This document shows positions 10,101 to 17,900 of a DNA stretch of 36,191 bases, piece by piece. The first letter of the stretch is position 1; each line of letters begins with the position of its first letter. Below the pieces are notes generated by a model, which had not been told where the DNA came from, ran no database searches, and saw nothing but the letters and a program-made list of their open reading frames with translations. The DNA is from a virus (Duplodnaviria; Caudoviricetes): IMG/VR virus record IMGVR_UViG_3300048599_000917, positions 1-36,191 of that record. One strand, given 5' to 3'. The position numbers were made by a program, and so were the translations under genes.

Positions 10101-10606
10101 CCCCTTGCGGCGGCCCCAAGGACCGGCTTGCCAGCCCATCCGAACAGTTTGGCTGGGGCGGAGACGAGGTTTTCCGGGGTCAGCAGGCTGCCGACAAGCG
10201 CCCCCGCCACGTCGGTCCCGGCCTCAAGGATCCGCCGCGGTTCCTTCCAGTCCTGCCACCGATGAATGCCCCCGGCGCCGATGATGTTGCGGCGCTGCTC
10301 GGCCTCGTCGATCTGGCGCTCGCGTTCGAGGACGGCCATCGCGGGATCGACTCCGTCCGCGGCTTTCCTCGCCGCGAAGTTCACACCGGCGCCCATGAGG
10401 GTGCCGCTGTTGAAGGCGTCGTCGCGGTTGGCGGTGAAGCGCTCGGCTAGCGTCGGACGGGCCGCCGTCAGGACCTGTACCGGCGCCGTCGCGGGTGCGG
10501 GCGGCGCGTCATCGAACACCGCCCGGCCGCCATAGTTGATCGAGACGGGAGCCTGATCCTCCTCGTCGTCGAAGACGGCCCGCCCGCCGTAGTTGATCCC
10601 GGCCAT
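4169..10606 (-). CDS. Large polyvalent internal-virion/DNA-ejection protein (2145 aa): ParB-like, GNAT, PBECR nuclease, HExxH metallopeptidase and LPD38-like domains
   Basis: Last of three ejection-type genes; motifs DGRHR, RGRGSA/FYRSEGF, IWG..GLAHI..WLLTAY, HEATH..EGFAE and DPEYEE..PKPFE..SPAVMDY. Confidence 0.85.
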   Translation of the reverse strand: MAGINYGGRAVFDDEEDQAPVSINYGGRAVFDDAPPAPATAPVQVLTAARPTLAERFTANRDDAFNSGTLMGAGVNFAARKAADGVDPAMAVLERERQIDEAEQRRNIIGAGGIHRWQDWKEPRRILEAGTDVAGALVGSLLTPENLVSAPAKLFGWAGKPVLGAAARGALGGAVTNAATDPAVQALNIEGGTQERYDPKQTALSAVIGAVAGGALGGAEAGAKRLGERRAARRAASGEIPQMGGGEAPIDYGGRAQFDDAPANSNIDYGGRAQFDDFPGDRDLPSGTDAANLPDFTGGRPKDLTDRALDVLRSGEKVKVDDGPTLIEWLSKNGGLLDQGGELTTLDADRWHRDKPFRTRLIQEGGMPLERAAERAQDAGYITPLLPDGSNRATTADLLDGIQAELAGWNRVSREDPDAVELRQRVQDLDEILVELGMDPAKHSNDDIRAAMDDYFRTPQQRLAAQGPPPDKPSSPDIATAPETPPQPGGVSRSGGVESRAYPAASRDNWYSDADFESRGGRPVEMTPDEYLGQVRPLEIDDVSRDNIDDLKAHIEQGRQLDPLKIYADGKEDGRHRAHAAKELGIQRVPVIDFRPERRAALAPEIDFTTPGARDARIGDTTISYQVSRDGPVEISMVRTPAELRGRGSARAAVQAFLAEADRAGRAVALTPDPMERGISKGRLVDFYRSEGFRPNAGRTRDFSTRAAMLREPRITLPEGKLEARSTGPSARDTRLVLARHGARIDGEGVGGPRIAGLEDNWDGAVQVLRHLKAGDAVGVLHHPAVGRIDVIWGDKRGGLAHILAKPNGEQLVRDLPEVLASSTVTPGGTSRVFLENPTHKTVVVLDYLGQEKRWLLTAYEKGKGGQSSGGRIDSPAAEGPAIAAPQGGSPDRLADLNIRPDLPDGKLSAQGERLEQSTRPADAPRPTPRAVPDPRHIERLEHSLTELTKKLGDTLGLTVRQGRMTPSRPGTRKLGEYSPSSGVIRTRAKDMDVLAHEATHALEYQKHPALLAALARNAPELKRMAPEGYAPEVHRQEGFAEFGRYYLTDPETAKQKAPTFYAEFEAALVKDAPKVLNQLRAIQNAYQGLLKAPSASLARSIIVRSSKPTLLREAGADVKTFGIQGAMEKWGNELYRRAIDDLHPINMAVRQLLDGIALDKGKRLDLKAAENPYALARMSRGAFSSAHVDLMHGVVPHKGTAPEGPGLADALHTALGKTWTDEAFEDFGAYLAGRRLIAEWSRYEAGKLEREPHWIPKDVWEQAVVDFEAANPSWADAAKQVYEWNANHWKKQYDAGFLSQEAYQLGLTEHEDYVPLMRDLSDKEPFVGKGGGGRNRKFAGGPKTFRGSTRDIINPIQSMMQRAYNLSALTARNEALSALFNLAQRAGRFGGSIVEQLPAHEIQKVNVDVMDALTKAIDNANVSKRDADLLLETIEAMLGEDTTVGVFKAGEINERGEPIVFLWKEGRKIPLRLPDGEFGKQMFEAVTGMNATAKNLFVNIASAPSQVLRFGITTHPEFFFANYIRDQIATWITSDVGFVPGVTGARGIADELAQTKAARLYNVAGGLAGGANVASLDKARVMKDMAALNKKGITLKRFLSPRQLIKASEISETGTRMGVFRLAYDKARKAGMSEYEAMQEAHFASRDILDFDRRGSHMLSAIRTVTFLNASLQGLDKARRVLTAEGEAGRSIRELVAPLFGQQAQKLTPAQQRRITHAAKAWAKVSAIGAFGLALTAAYKDDPEYEEISDYLRATHWMVKLAPGKWGAVPKPFELATLSNVLERGYEATAKKDPKAWERLWAGLGEVLAPPLGITALAVPFDLARNRTSTGQPIIPDHLRYGTEPEMQFNSYTSELSKRLGKAVHASPAVMDYVITGFGGSWGRSFLGATDAVLKEGGDVRGTDAADAFIARRFVRDVTRGSVSSKEFWGLVSQSGGSLPPKVGMFRDKVKAGDIAGATAYLDKLKPIERSYVVASTGLSGRAEQMHPVIRAEKAVRAITDLRRELSRGPIRVIGGETVTLTPGERNRVDQALATMSMAEMRDALILADDKGWAQKSQMRSEADAAQAQLKAADPRIEQLYKAFLFRENVMPRAEMEQRWAEGRERLMSPGAAQIAARVILKNQDRGRDGTVERARRGAAPAVR
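9873..9913. repeat. Copy A of a ~42-bp element with a perfect 23-bp palindrome (9878-9900), inside the giant CDS
   Basis: catctggggaa-t-ttccccagatg; 37/42 columns identical to 27486-27527. Confidence 0.85.
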
Positions 10607-11736
10607 CAGCGCATCTTGGTCATGGGTCGGCCGGTGGCCGGGTCGATGAACCGCGTGCCGGGCTTCAGAGAGTCGAAGTCGGCCTGGCTGCGGATCCGGA
10701 CCGGGGCGATAGCCGCTCCAGCGGGGTTGACTGCAGGACGCGCCGGCGCGGGTTGGCGGGCGACAGGCTGCCGCTTCACGGGCCGCGGCGGCACGTCGCC
10801 CAGCAGCTCCTCAAGGCCGCCGTCGCTACCGCCCTGGCGCGCCCGCAGGCCCTTGTAGGTGTCCAGCACGGCCTGGTCGTTGGGCGTCAGCGCCTCGCCC
10901 CGCTGCTGCTTGTCGAGCACGCGGGCGACCACGCGGTCTGTGGTGAGGGTGGACGCCTCGCGGCCTTCACGGGCGCGGCCGAGCGCGAGGTTGCCCGCGG
11001 CCACGCCCTCGGTCGCCCGGTCATGCCGCTCGCGGGCCCGCAGCTCGGCTTCCTGGTGGCCCCGGAGCCAGTTTCGCTGTTCGGCTTCCGCCGCGGCCTT
11101 AGCCGCCTCACGCTCGTTATCCGCTCGCCGGTCCTCCTGCGTGAACACCTCCCCCGGCGTCGGCGAGACATCGCCTTGCGCCTCGAATGCGCCGTTGCGA
11201 GCCGTGCCGTACTTGCCGCCGACGACCTTGAACTCCGGCCGCTCGCGGGTCCTGCGCTCGGTGGCCTCGTCCTTGAGGTAGTCGAACAGACCCCTGGAGC
11301 CGCCGAGGGTGTACATCTCGGTCAGGGCCGGGTCGTTGCGGCTGGCGACATAAGCGTCGGTCTTGTTCTTCTGGGCCAAGGCCGCCCGTTCGGCCCGACG
11401 GCGGGCCATGCCTTCATCGTAGGCCGCGACCTGACCCTCGCTTCCACCGGCGTCCTCAAGCGTGGCCCCAAGGTGGCCGAGCCGATCCCAGAACCCCTCG
11501 CCCGTGTCGGGGTTGGTGCGCGTCATCCGCTCCAGGACGCCCGGCCCCTTGGCCGGCTTGAAGTTGGAGACCTCGGGAAGGTCGGCGACCGTCGATAGCA
11601 CCCCGGCCTGGGGAAGGGTCGGCGCTGCATCTTCGGGCGTGGTGAAGCCCTCCAGCATCGCCTCGCGGAGGAGGTCCTTGGGGACCTGTCCGACGTCCAG
11701 GAGGCGGCGGGAGATGTTGCTGAGAATGCCTGCCAT
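10606..11736 (-). CDS. Putative DNA ejection protein
   Basis: Position between pilot and large ejection genes; helical low-complexity sequence; C-terminal FDSLKPGTRFIDP motif; GGAGG RBS. Confidence 0.7.
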   Translation of the reverse strand: MAGILSNISRRLLDVGQVPKDLLREAMLEGFTTPEDAAPTLPQAGVLSTVADLPEVSNFKPAKGPGVLERMTRTNPDTGEGFWDRLGHLGATLEDAGGSEGQVAAYDEGMARRRAERAALAQKNKTDAYVASRNDPALTEMYTLGGSRGLFDYLKDEATERRTRERPEFKVVGGKYGTARNGAFEAQGDVSPTPGEVFTQEDRRADNEREAAKAAAEAEQRNWLRGHQEAELRARERHDRATEGVAAGNLALGRAREGREASTLTTDRVVARVLDKQQRGEALTPNDQAVLDTYKGLRARQGGSDGGLEELLGDVPPRPVKRQPVARQPAPARPAVNPAGAAIAPVRIRSQADFDSLKPGTRFIDPATGRPMTKMR

Positions 11737-11748
11737 GGGAGCCTCCTG

Positions 11749-13056
11749 TTAGCCGCCGCCGGCGATGAGTTTGGCGACATCCCCGGCGACCTTGATGCTC
11801 TTGCCGATCTTTTCGAGCAGCGACGGGTCGGTCTTGGCGGTCGTCGTCGTCTCCCTCGGGACATCCCCGAGGATCTGGGAGATGAGCTGGGTAAGCTCGT
11901 TCTGGCGGTCGAACTCGTCGGTGAAGAGCTGGTAGTCGCGGCCGAGCGCGTCCTGCTCGTAGTCCTGGCGGGACGTGCCGACGTCCTGCAGGACGCCCAG
12001 GCGGTCCATCCCCTGCTTGAAGTCGGTTTCCGCCAGGTCGCCCAATGCGCCGGCCCCGCGCAGCCGCAGGTCGGCGCCACGAATGCCCGCATCCTGGTTC
12101 GACGTGAGGGCGTCCAGTTCGGTGCGCTGGTTCGCTTCGCTCGTCCGCTGCGACCGGTCCGCATCGTTGTCGGCGCGGTCGTTGATCGCCCCCGCGTTGA
12201 ACTGGCCCAGATCGGAGAGGATGCCGGCGCCGGTCCGCCGGTTGGTGTTGGTCTCGCTGGCGTTGAACCGGCTCGTCTGGTTGGCCTCGCCGGCGTTGAA
12301 GCGGGAGGTCTCGGCGTTCTGGCCGGCGACGAACTGGTCCGCGCCCTGGTTGGACTTCTGGGCGTCGAGATCGAGCCCCAACCAGCTCATCAGGTTGGCC
12401 GCGGCGCTGTCGAACGCCTTGCCGCGCGTGTCCGCGGCCGTGCGGGCCCCGAGGCGGGCGAAGTTGTCGGTGTTGATGCTGTCCGCCACGCCCTGGCGCG
12501 AGCCGCCCCAGGCGCCCGACTTGAACTTCTGCCCGTCGTTGGCGCCCTGGATCTGCCGCTGGCGCTCGATGTCAGCCATCGTCGTGTTGACGATCTGGTC
12601 GGTCGCGGGGTTCAGGAAGGGCGCGAGCGCCTCGGCGTTGAAGGCCCCGACACCGATGTTCCGGATCGCGCCCCGGTCCACTCCCGCGGCGCTTGTGGTC
12701 GAGCCCAGCGCGGCCTCCAGGCCAGACAGGATACCGGTCGGATCGACCGTCGCCGCCTTGCCCGCACTCGACGCCGTGATGCTGGGCGCGGTGATCATAT
12801 TCGGATTGTAGGTAGACGCTGCGCGTGCGCCGTCGGCCGCTTCGGTGAGCCAGGGCGAGGTGCTGGAGGAGCCGAACTTGGAGCCGGCGTCCCAATAGTC
12901 CTGCAGCTCATCGGTGACATCGGCCGTGAGCTGGCCCTCGTAGGGGCGGTAGTTCGACTTGGTCGCCTGAGCGTCGTCGAGCAGCGCCCAATTCTCGTCC
13001 ATGAGGCGCGGGTCGTAGGTCGTCTTGGTCGTCTTCTTGCCGCTGAACAGGCCCAT
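11749..13056 (-). CDS. Putative DNA ejection/pilot protein
   Basis: MGLFSGKKTTKTT N-terminus; Ala/Gly/Gln-rich; GAWGGSRQGV motif; TSRFNA repeats. Confidence 0.75.
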   Translation of the reverse strand: MGLFSGKKTTKTTYDPRLMDENWALLDDAQATKSNYRPYEGQLTADVTDELQDYWDAGSKFGSSSTSPWLTEAADGARAASTYNPNMITAPSITASSAGKAATVDPTGILSGLEAALGSTTSAAGVDRGAIRNIGVGAFNAEALAPFLNPATDQIVNTTMADIERQRQIQGANDGQKFKSGAWGGSRQGVADSINTDNFARLGARTAADTRGKAFDSAAANLMSWLGLDLDAQKSNQGADQFVAGQNAETSRFNAGEANQTSRFNASETNTNRRTGAGILSDLGQFNAGAINDRADNDADRSQRTSEANQRTELDALTSNQDAGIRGADLRLRGAGALGDLAETDFKQGMDRLGVLQDVGTSRQDYEQDALGRDYQLFTDEFDRQNELTQLISQILGDVPRETTTTAKTDPSLLEKIGKSIKVAGDVAKLIAGGG

Positions 13057-13259
13057 CAGAGCGCCCCCAGGAGTTTCAGGACTTCGCGCTGCATCGAGGA
13101 GCGGCGCGGGTAGAGCTCGACCTTTCCATCGGTCAATCGGGCCCGGACGGTGTCGCGGTTGTTGGGGAGGACGATCAGGACTTCGTCGCCGGCGGTGAAG
13201 GCGAACTCCATTCCCGCGGCGGCGAAGGTTTGCCGGTCCAGGTCGATCAGCTTCTTCAT
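13056..13259 (-). CDS. Small hypothetical protein (67 aa)
   Basis: Start/stop overlaps with both neighbours. Confidence 0.65.
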   Translation of the reverse strand: MKKLIDLDRQTFAAAGMEFAFTAGDEVLIVLPNNRDTVRARLTDGKVELYPRRSSMQREVLKLLGAL

Positions 13260-13462
13260 TCTGCGGTCCAGGTCGTCATGCCGGCGTCCGACACGCCCAT
13301 GATCCAGCGGGTGCCGTCGGGCGAGGTGCGCACGATGGGCGCCGCCGCTTCGTCGATGGCTTCGCCCTGCTTCAGGTTCTCTTTGTCGGCCGCCATGACG
13401 GCGGCGCGCATCTGGCGCTGGTCGCCGGCGTCATAGGCCGGGGGCGCGTCTTGCAGCCTCAC
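13256..13462 (-). CDS. Small tail-associated protein (needle/plug position)
   Basis: GTGA overlap start at 13462; TSPDGTRW.MGVSDAG motif typical of phage tail proteins. Confidence 0.65.
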   Translation of the reverse strand: MRLQDAPPAYDAGDQRQMRAAVMAADKENLKQGEAIDEAAAPIVRTSPDGTRWIMGVSDAGMTTWTAE

Positions 13463-14952
13463 GCCTTGCCTCCACGGATGATTTCGAGCTGTGGCTCGCC
13501 GATGCGGCCGTCGCCGGTGAAGGTGAACTCCACCTCGATGATCCGGCCGTCGATCAGGAAGTCGACGACCTCCGCCGCCGGCCATGTCCCCCGATTGGTG
13601 TACTCATCCATCGGGCGGTTCTTGGTGTAGAGGGTCAGCGTCGCCTCGCCGAAGGTGCGCTGGTCGGGGACGTAGCCCTGCACCTCCATGACGAAGTCAC
13701 CCTCGCCGATCTGGATCGGCCCGGTGCGCGCCTTGGCGACCATCTCTCCGTCGTAGGCGAAGCCGACCTCGTGGTCGTACAGGAGCCCGTCCGGATCGAC
13801 GGCCAGCGGGCTATCGAGCGCCCCCCGGTCGCAGGCGGCGGTACGATCGTAGTCGGTCGTCCACCATTTCCAGGTGACGTAGTTCACCGTCACCTTGCGG
13901 TCGCACTCGTTCGAGTTGGTCGACGGGTAGTACCAGCCCACCTCGTTCTGCAGGCTGTTCATGAAGACGCTGACTTTGGCCTTTTGGGCCACGTTCAGCT
14001 CGCCGGAGACGAGGTCCCAGACGGGGCAGGGCAGGATGCGGGCAAACCCTGCCTCGCAGATCATGAAGCCGGCATCGCCCCACCAGAAGGCCCGCGTGGA
14101 CGCGTTGATAAGGGCGCCCTGGCTGATGGCGCCCATGCCGTCGCCGATTTTGGTGAAGGTCCAGACCGCCTCGCCGCCGTAGTCGCCGATCCAGGCGTCG
14201 ACGTCGGTCAGGATCAGCGCCTGGCCGCCCAGCGGCGTGCCGCACATCAGCCGACCGGGCGTCGGCAGGAGGAAGTCCCCAGCGCTATTGGTGGCGTCGG
14301 GGACCCAGATCTCGTTGAAGCCCCGGTCGCACCACGCGATCTTGCGCGGGTTGCCGTCGGCGCCCAGCGCCATGAGGAAGTTCTCGGCGACCACGATGGC
14401 GCGGCAGAGCGTCGGCGCGTTGGGCACGGGGACGCCGACCTCTTCGTCGTCGTTCTCCCATTTGTAGATCGTGCCGTCGGTCGAGCAGCAGGCGACGAGG
14501 TAGGGGCCCCAGGCCCAGAGCGTCCACACCGAGCAGTCGAGCGGCTCGTCGGTCAGCGGGCGGGCCGTGCCGTAGTCCCCGCCGCTGTAGTCCCCGCCGC
14601 CATAGCCGGTCTGCACCGACGTGTCGGCGGTCCCCTCGGTGAACTCCGCCGGGGTGATCTCGATCAAGTTTCCGTTGAGATAGACAACGAACAGACCGGT
14701 GTGAGAGCCGGCCACGATGCGCGAGACGTCGTTGTCGTCCTTGTAGACGAAGAGGGTGCGCACCAGGCCGGTGATCGCCGCCGGGCCGCCTTCGACCTGC
14801 ACGACCTCGCGGGGCGTCCACCCGCGCTCAGGCCGCAGGTCGCCTTCGACCGTGTTGGCGACCAGCGTCCCCGAGTACCAGGAGCCCGCCGACTTCGCCT
14901 CGGTCCCGCCGCGGTTCTGACCCGGCGCGATCTTCAGCCGGAAGAGAGACAT
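13459..14952 (-). CDS. Tail nozzle / packaged-DNA stabilization protein (P22 gp10-like beta-propeller)
   Basis: Start at ATG 14952 (TGATG overlap); about 497 aa, beta-rich with many Trp/Asp; position upstream of the ejection genes. Confidence 0.7.
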   Translation of the reverse strand: MSLFRLKIAPGQNRGGTEAKSAGSWYSGTLVANTVEGDLRPERGWTPREVVQVEGGPAAITGLVRTLFVYKDDNDVSRIVAGSHTGLFVVYLNGNLIEITPAEFTEGTADTSVQTGYGGGDYSGGDYGTARPLTDEPLDCSVWTLWAWGPYLVACCSTDGTIYKWENDDEEVGVPVPNAPTLCRAIVVAENFLMALGADGNPRKIAWCDRGFNEIWVPDATNSAGDFLLPTPGRLMCGTPLGGQALILTDVDAWIGDYGGEAVWTFTKIGDGMGAISQGALINASTRAFWWGDAGFMICEAGFARILPCPVWDLVSGELNVAQKAKVSVFMNSLQNEVGWYYPSTNSNECDRKVTVNYVTWKWWTTDYDRTAACDRGALDSPLAVDPDGLLYDHEVGFAYDGEMVAKARTGPIQIGEGDFVMEVQGYVPDQRTFGEATLTLYTKNRPMDEYTNRGTWPAAEVVDFLIDGRIIEVEFTFTGDGRIGEPQLEIIRGGKA

Positions 14953-15686
14953 CAGTTCGATACCAGCCCGATGGCCGGCGCCCACTTGTTCGAGCCGAGT
15001 GCGACGGCCTGCCAGGTGGAGCCGTTGAGGCGCAGGCACGTCGTGACGTCCGTCGCGGCCGATGGGATCGCCCCGGGCGTGCCCAAGGTCCAGAGAGGCG
15101 GCGTCTGGCCCGTCCGGCCGCGGGTGTAGACCTGCCCCCCGGTCACAGTCAGCCAGGCGCGGCGCGTCAGCGTCACCGAGGTGTTCAGGTTGAGCACCTT
15201 CCAGCCGATGATCCCGCCGGTGCTGGTGATCGACGCGGTCGCCAGGATCGTGCCAGGGCGGCCGTTGACGCTGTCCCGGACCGACAGGTTGAAGGTCGTT
15301 GGACCGTTATCGGCCTTGAAGAAGATCTTGTAGAAGGTGCCGATCTGATCGAAGGGCACGGCGACGGTGTACGAGACGGTGTCTGCGACCAGCTCCTCGT
15401 CGAAGCCCTGGCAGGTCTCCCCCCAGAAGTAGACCTCCGAGCCGTAAACGAAGCCCGACTGGGCCGCCGCCCCTTCCAGCGTGCCGATGCGACCATCCAG
15501 CGCCGTGTCGGCTGCCTGCAGGGCGGTGATCAGCCCCTGGACATAGGCGATGGCCTTCACGATCTGGCCGACGGCCGTGTTCAGCAGCGAGCCCCAGACG
15601 TTTCGGGAAGCGCCGACGGTCGGGACGGTGATCGCGGTCGGATCGCCCCCCGTTTCGAGGACGATCTCGTCATCGGTGACGGGCAT
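14952..15686 (-). CDS. Putative tail fibre/spike protein
   Basis: PTVGASRNVWGSLLN N-terminal motif, coiled coil, beta-rich C-terminal domain. Confidence 0.6.
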   Translation of the reverse strand: MPVTDDEIVLETGGDPTAITVPTVGASRNVWGSLLNTAVGQIVKAIAYVQGLITALQAADTALDGRIGTLEGAAAQSGFVYGSEVYFWGETCQGFDEELVADTVSYTVAVPFDQIGTFYKIFFKADNGPTTFNLSVRDSVNGRPGTILATASITSTGGIIGWKVLNLNTSVTLTRRAWLTVTGGQVYTRGRTGQTPPLWTLGTPGAIPSAATDVTTCLRLNGSTWQAVALGSNKWAPAIGLVSN

Positions 15687-16499
15687 CTACTCTCTCCAGA
15701 TCGTCTGAGCAGGTGAGGCGTCGAACCAGCTCGCCTCGGGCGCTTCCGCCTCGGTCCAGGTTGTCAGGGGCGCGAGAGGCTCGGCCCACCAGGGCAGGAA
15801 GGCGACGCCGACAGGCGCAAAGCCGAACGGCGGAACGAAGAAGCCCGGCGGGCGCCAGGGATATGGCGCAACCGGCAGAGCCAGCTTCTTGAGCAGAGCC
15901 GCGATGCCGGTCAGGACGTAGGTTCCGACTCCCATCCCGAACACGTAGGTCCGGCGGAAGGCGACCGACCCTCCGGTCAAGGCGTAGGAGCCGGCGTTGG
16001 CGGGCAGGCGTCGGCCGGATTTGAACAGCGACACAGCCTGGCCCGCGAGCGTGTAGTCACCCTTGGCGGCCACCAGCTTGGCGGTGCGCTTGAGGGCCGC
16101 AGGCTGGCCGGTGAGCGCGTACGATCCGGCGGCGGCCGTGAGGCGCAGGCCTCGCTTTAGGCCCGCAGCGATCCCCGTCAGGGCATAGGTGCCGGACGCA
16201 CAGACCAGGGCGCGCGTGCGGCTGAAGCCTGCAGCGATCCCGGACAGCGTGTAGGCCCCTGCCGCGGCCGTGAGGCCGTAGCCCTTGCGCAACGCCGCCG
16301 GCTGGCCGGCAAGGGCATAGGAACCCTGCGCCGCCGCCATCTGCCGCGCCACCCGTAGACCGGCCGTCTGGCCCGCCAGCGTGTAGGAGCCAGCGTCGCA
16401 GGTCAGCGAATAGCCCGTCGCCGGGGCCGGAGCGGTTGGCCGCTGGTTGGGTCGCCGAAGGTAGTAGGGCCAGTAGTAGCGAAAGACCCCGTAGGACAC
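15687..16499 (-). CDS. Virion structural protein with eight ~22-aa G-x-Y-x-L-x-G repeats
   Basis: GSYTLAG, GSYALAG, GAYTLSG, GTYALTG, GSYALTG, GDYTLAG, GSYALTG, GTYVLTG. Confidence 0.75.
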   Translation of the reverse strand: MSYGVFRYYWPYYLRRPNQRPTAPAPATGYSLTCDAGSYTLAGQTAGLRVARQMAAAQGSYALAGQPAALRKGYGLTAAAGAYTLSGIAAGFSRTRALVCASGTYALTGIAAGLKRGLRLTAAAGSYALTGQPAALKRTAKLVAAKGDYTLAGQAVSLFKSGRRLPANAGSYALTGGSVAFRRTYVFGMGVGTYVLTGIAALLKKLALPVAPYPWRPPGFFVPPFGFAPVGVAFLPWWAEPLAPLTTWTEAEAPEASWFDASPAQTIWRE

Positions 16500-16502
16500 A
16501 GG

Positions 16503-16973
16503 TTAGCCGCCCAGCTCGGCGAAGATGATGTTACCGCTCATCGTCAGGCTGTCCGCCGGCGCGGGAAGCCGAACGCTGAGACGCTGGCCGGGCGACACCA
16601 CGATCCGCTCCTCCGGTGTCGGCCGGAACTGCCAGCCGATGTTGATGTCGAAGATGTCCTGGAACACCACCACGCCGGAGGTGGTCGCTACGGTCGTGTT
16701 GTTGATCTCGATAACCGTGCCTGCCGCCGGAAAGCCGGTGTGCAGGGGGACCGGCGTCACCGTCGAGCCGCCCGAGCCCGAGGTGGTCCAGCCGCGCCAG
16801 ATCTGCACCTTCAGCCCTTCGGCCTGGGCGTCGCCTTTGTCCGAGGTCTGACCGAGGTAGATGCTGTGGATGATGACCGCCGCGTCGGACGGGGCCAGCA
16901 GTTCGAAGACGTCCTGCGCAGCGGAGACGGCGACCGCATCGAACGGTGCGGAATAGATCAGCCCGATGGTCAT
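16503..16973 (-). CDS. Beta-rich virion structural protein (jelly-roll-like)
   Basis: GAGG RBS; operon position; composition. Confidence 0.7.
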   Translation of the reverse strand: MTIGLIYSAPFDAVAVSAAQDVFELLAPSDAAVIIHSIYLGQTSDKGDAQAEGLKVQIWRGWTTSGSGGSTVTPVPLHTGFPAAGTVIEINNTTVATTSGVVVFQDIFDINIGWQFRPTPEERIVVSPGQRLSVRLPAPADSLTMSGNIIFAELGG

Positions 16974-16977
16974 GCTG

Positions 16978-17619
16978 CTACCTCAGAAGAAGGGGGAGGA
17001 ACGCCCGGCCGGGCCGCGGCGGCGTCGGGTTGAAGTTGTAGGTGACGTTGGTCGCGTCGACCGTTGGGATGTAGCCGGGCGGCAGGGTCGAACCCTGCAC
17101 CAGCATCCCGTTCGCGATCTCAAGCTCGCAGGAGTAGTTGCTGGACGGCGGAACGCCGACGCCGAGATACGGCGTCAGCCGTCCCGTCGAGCCGTTGGTG
17201 GTGAACGAATTGTCGTACTGGGTCATGGTCCCGCCGGGGTTGGCGAGACTGGTGATGTTGTTGACGTAGCCCCCGCCGGAGTTCCATTCGAAGCAGGCGA
17301 GCCAGTTGAAGTAGGTCGACCCGGTCTCGTTGAACTTCCGCATCCAGAGCGAGATCTGGTGCAGCGTGGACGCGGAAATCCCGGTGATCTCGCCAAGCAG
17401 CACGTTCACATACGCGGCCGCGCCGGTGCTGTTGGCGACCGTCAGCTTGATCCCGATCTGGGTTCGCCCGCTCACCGTTCCGAACGACACGACCTCGTTG
17501 GTGATCGTCACCCCACCGCCGGTGGATGGCCGGGTCCAGTTGGTCGGCGCCGTGCCGGGAGCGCCGACGACCGCGCCGGTGAACTCGCTGTTGTTCCACT
17601 TGTTGGTGAACGAGGCCAT
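16978..17619 (-). CDS. Thr/Asn/Gly-rich beta-sandwich protein, possible carbohydrate-binding receptor-binding domain
   Basis: WNNSEF..GAVVG.PGTAPTNW start; aromatic/Thr-rich; Pro linker and hydrophobic C-terminal tail. Confidence 0.65.
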   Translation of the reverse strand: MASFTNKWNNSEFTGAVVGAPGTAPTNWTRPSTGGGVTITNEVVSFGTVSGRTQIGIKLTVANSTGAAAYVNVLLGEITGISASTLHQISLWMRKFNETGSTYFNWLACFEWNSGGGYVNNITSLANPGGTMTQYDNSFTTNGSTGRLTPYLGVGVPPSSNYSCELEIANGMLVQGSTLPPGYIPTVDATNVTYNFNPTPPRPGRAFLPLLLR

Positions 17620-17633
17620 CGGCCCGGCCTATC

Positions 17634-17897
17634 TCAGCCGTCGAAGGCCGGCGTCTGGTGGCCCAGCAGTTTGGCGATCTCCGCCGCCTCCTGGTCGATG
17701 TCGAACAGGCCGGCTTCCGACGCGATGATCGCCTCGTGCAGGGCGCGCTCGCGCGGCTGGTACTCGGCCACGAGGGCGTCGCGCTCGGCCCGGATAGGGT
17801 CTGACTTAGTGCGGATCGCGGCGCCCTGCTTGCGCAGTTCCAGGTACCGCGCCTTCAGGGTCTCCTTCAGGGCGCCGACGTTCGTTTTCGCGGTCAT
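17634..17897 (-). CDS. Small coiled-coil hypothetical protein
   Basis: GGAG RBS; tight operon packing. Confidence 0.65.
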   Translation of the reverse strand: MTAKTNVGALKETLKARYLELRKQGAAIRTKSDPIRAERDALVAEYQPRERALHEAIIASEAGLFDIDQEAAEIAKLLGHQTPAFDG

Positions 17898-17900
17898 GGC

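Noticed and set aside
15900-16420. Periodic ~66-bp repeats as a possible CRISPR array or DGR repeat
   Set aside because: Degenerate coding repeats with no constant repeat/unique spacer pattern; no cas or reverse transcriptase gene in the window
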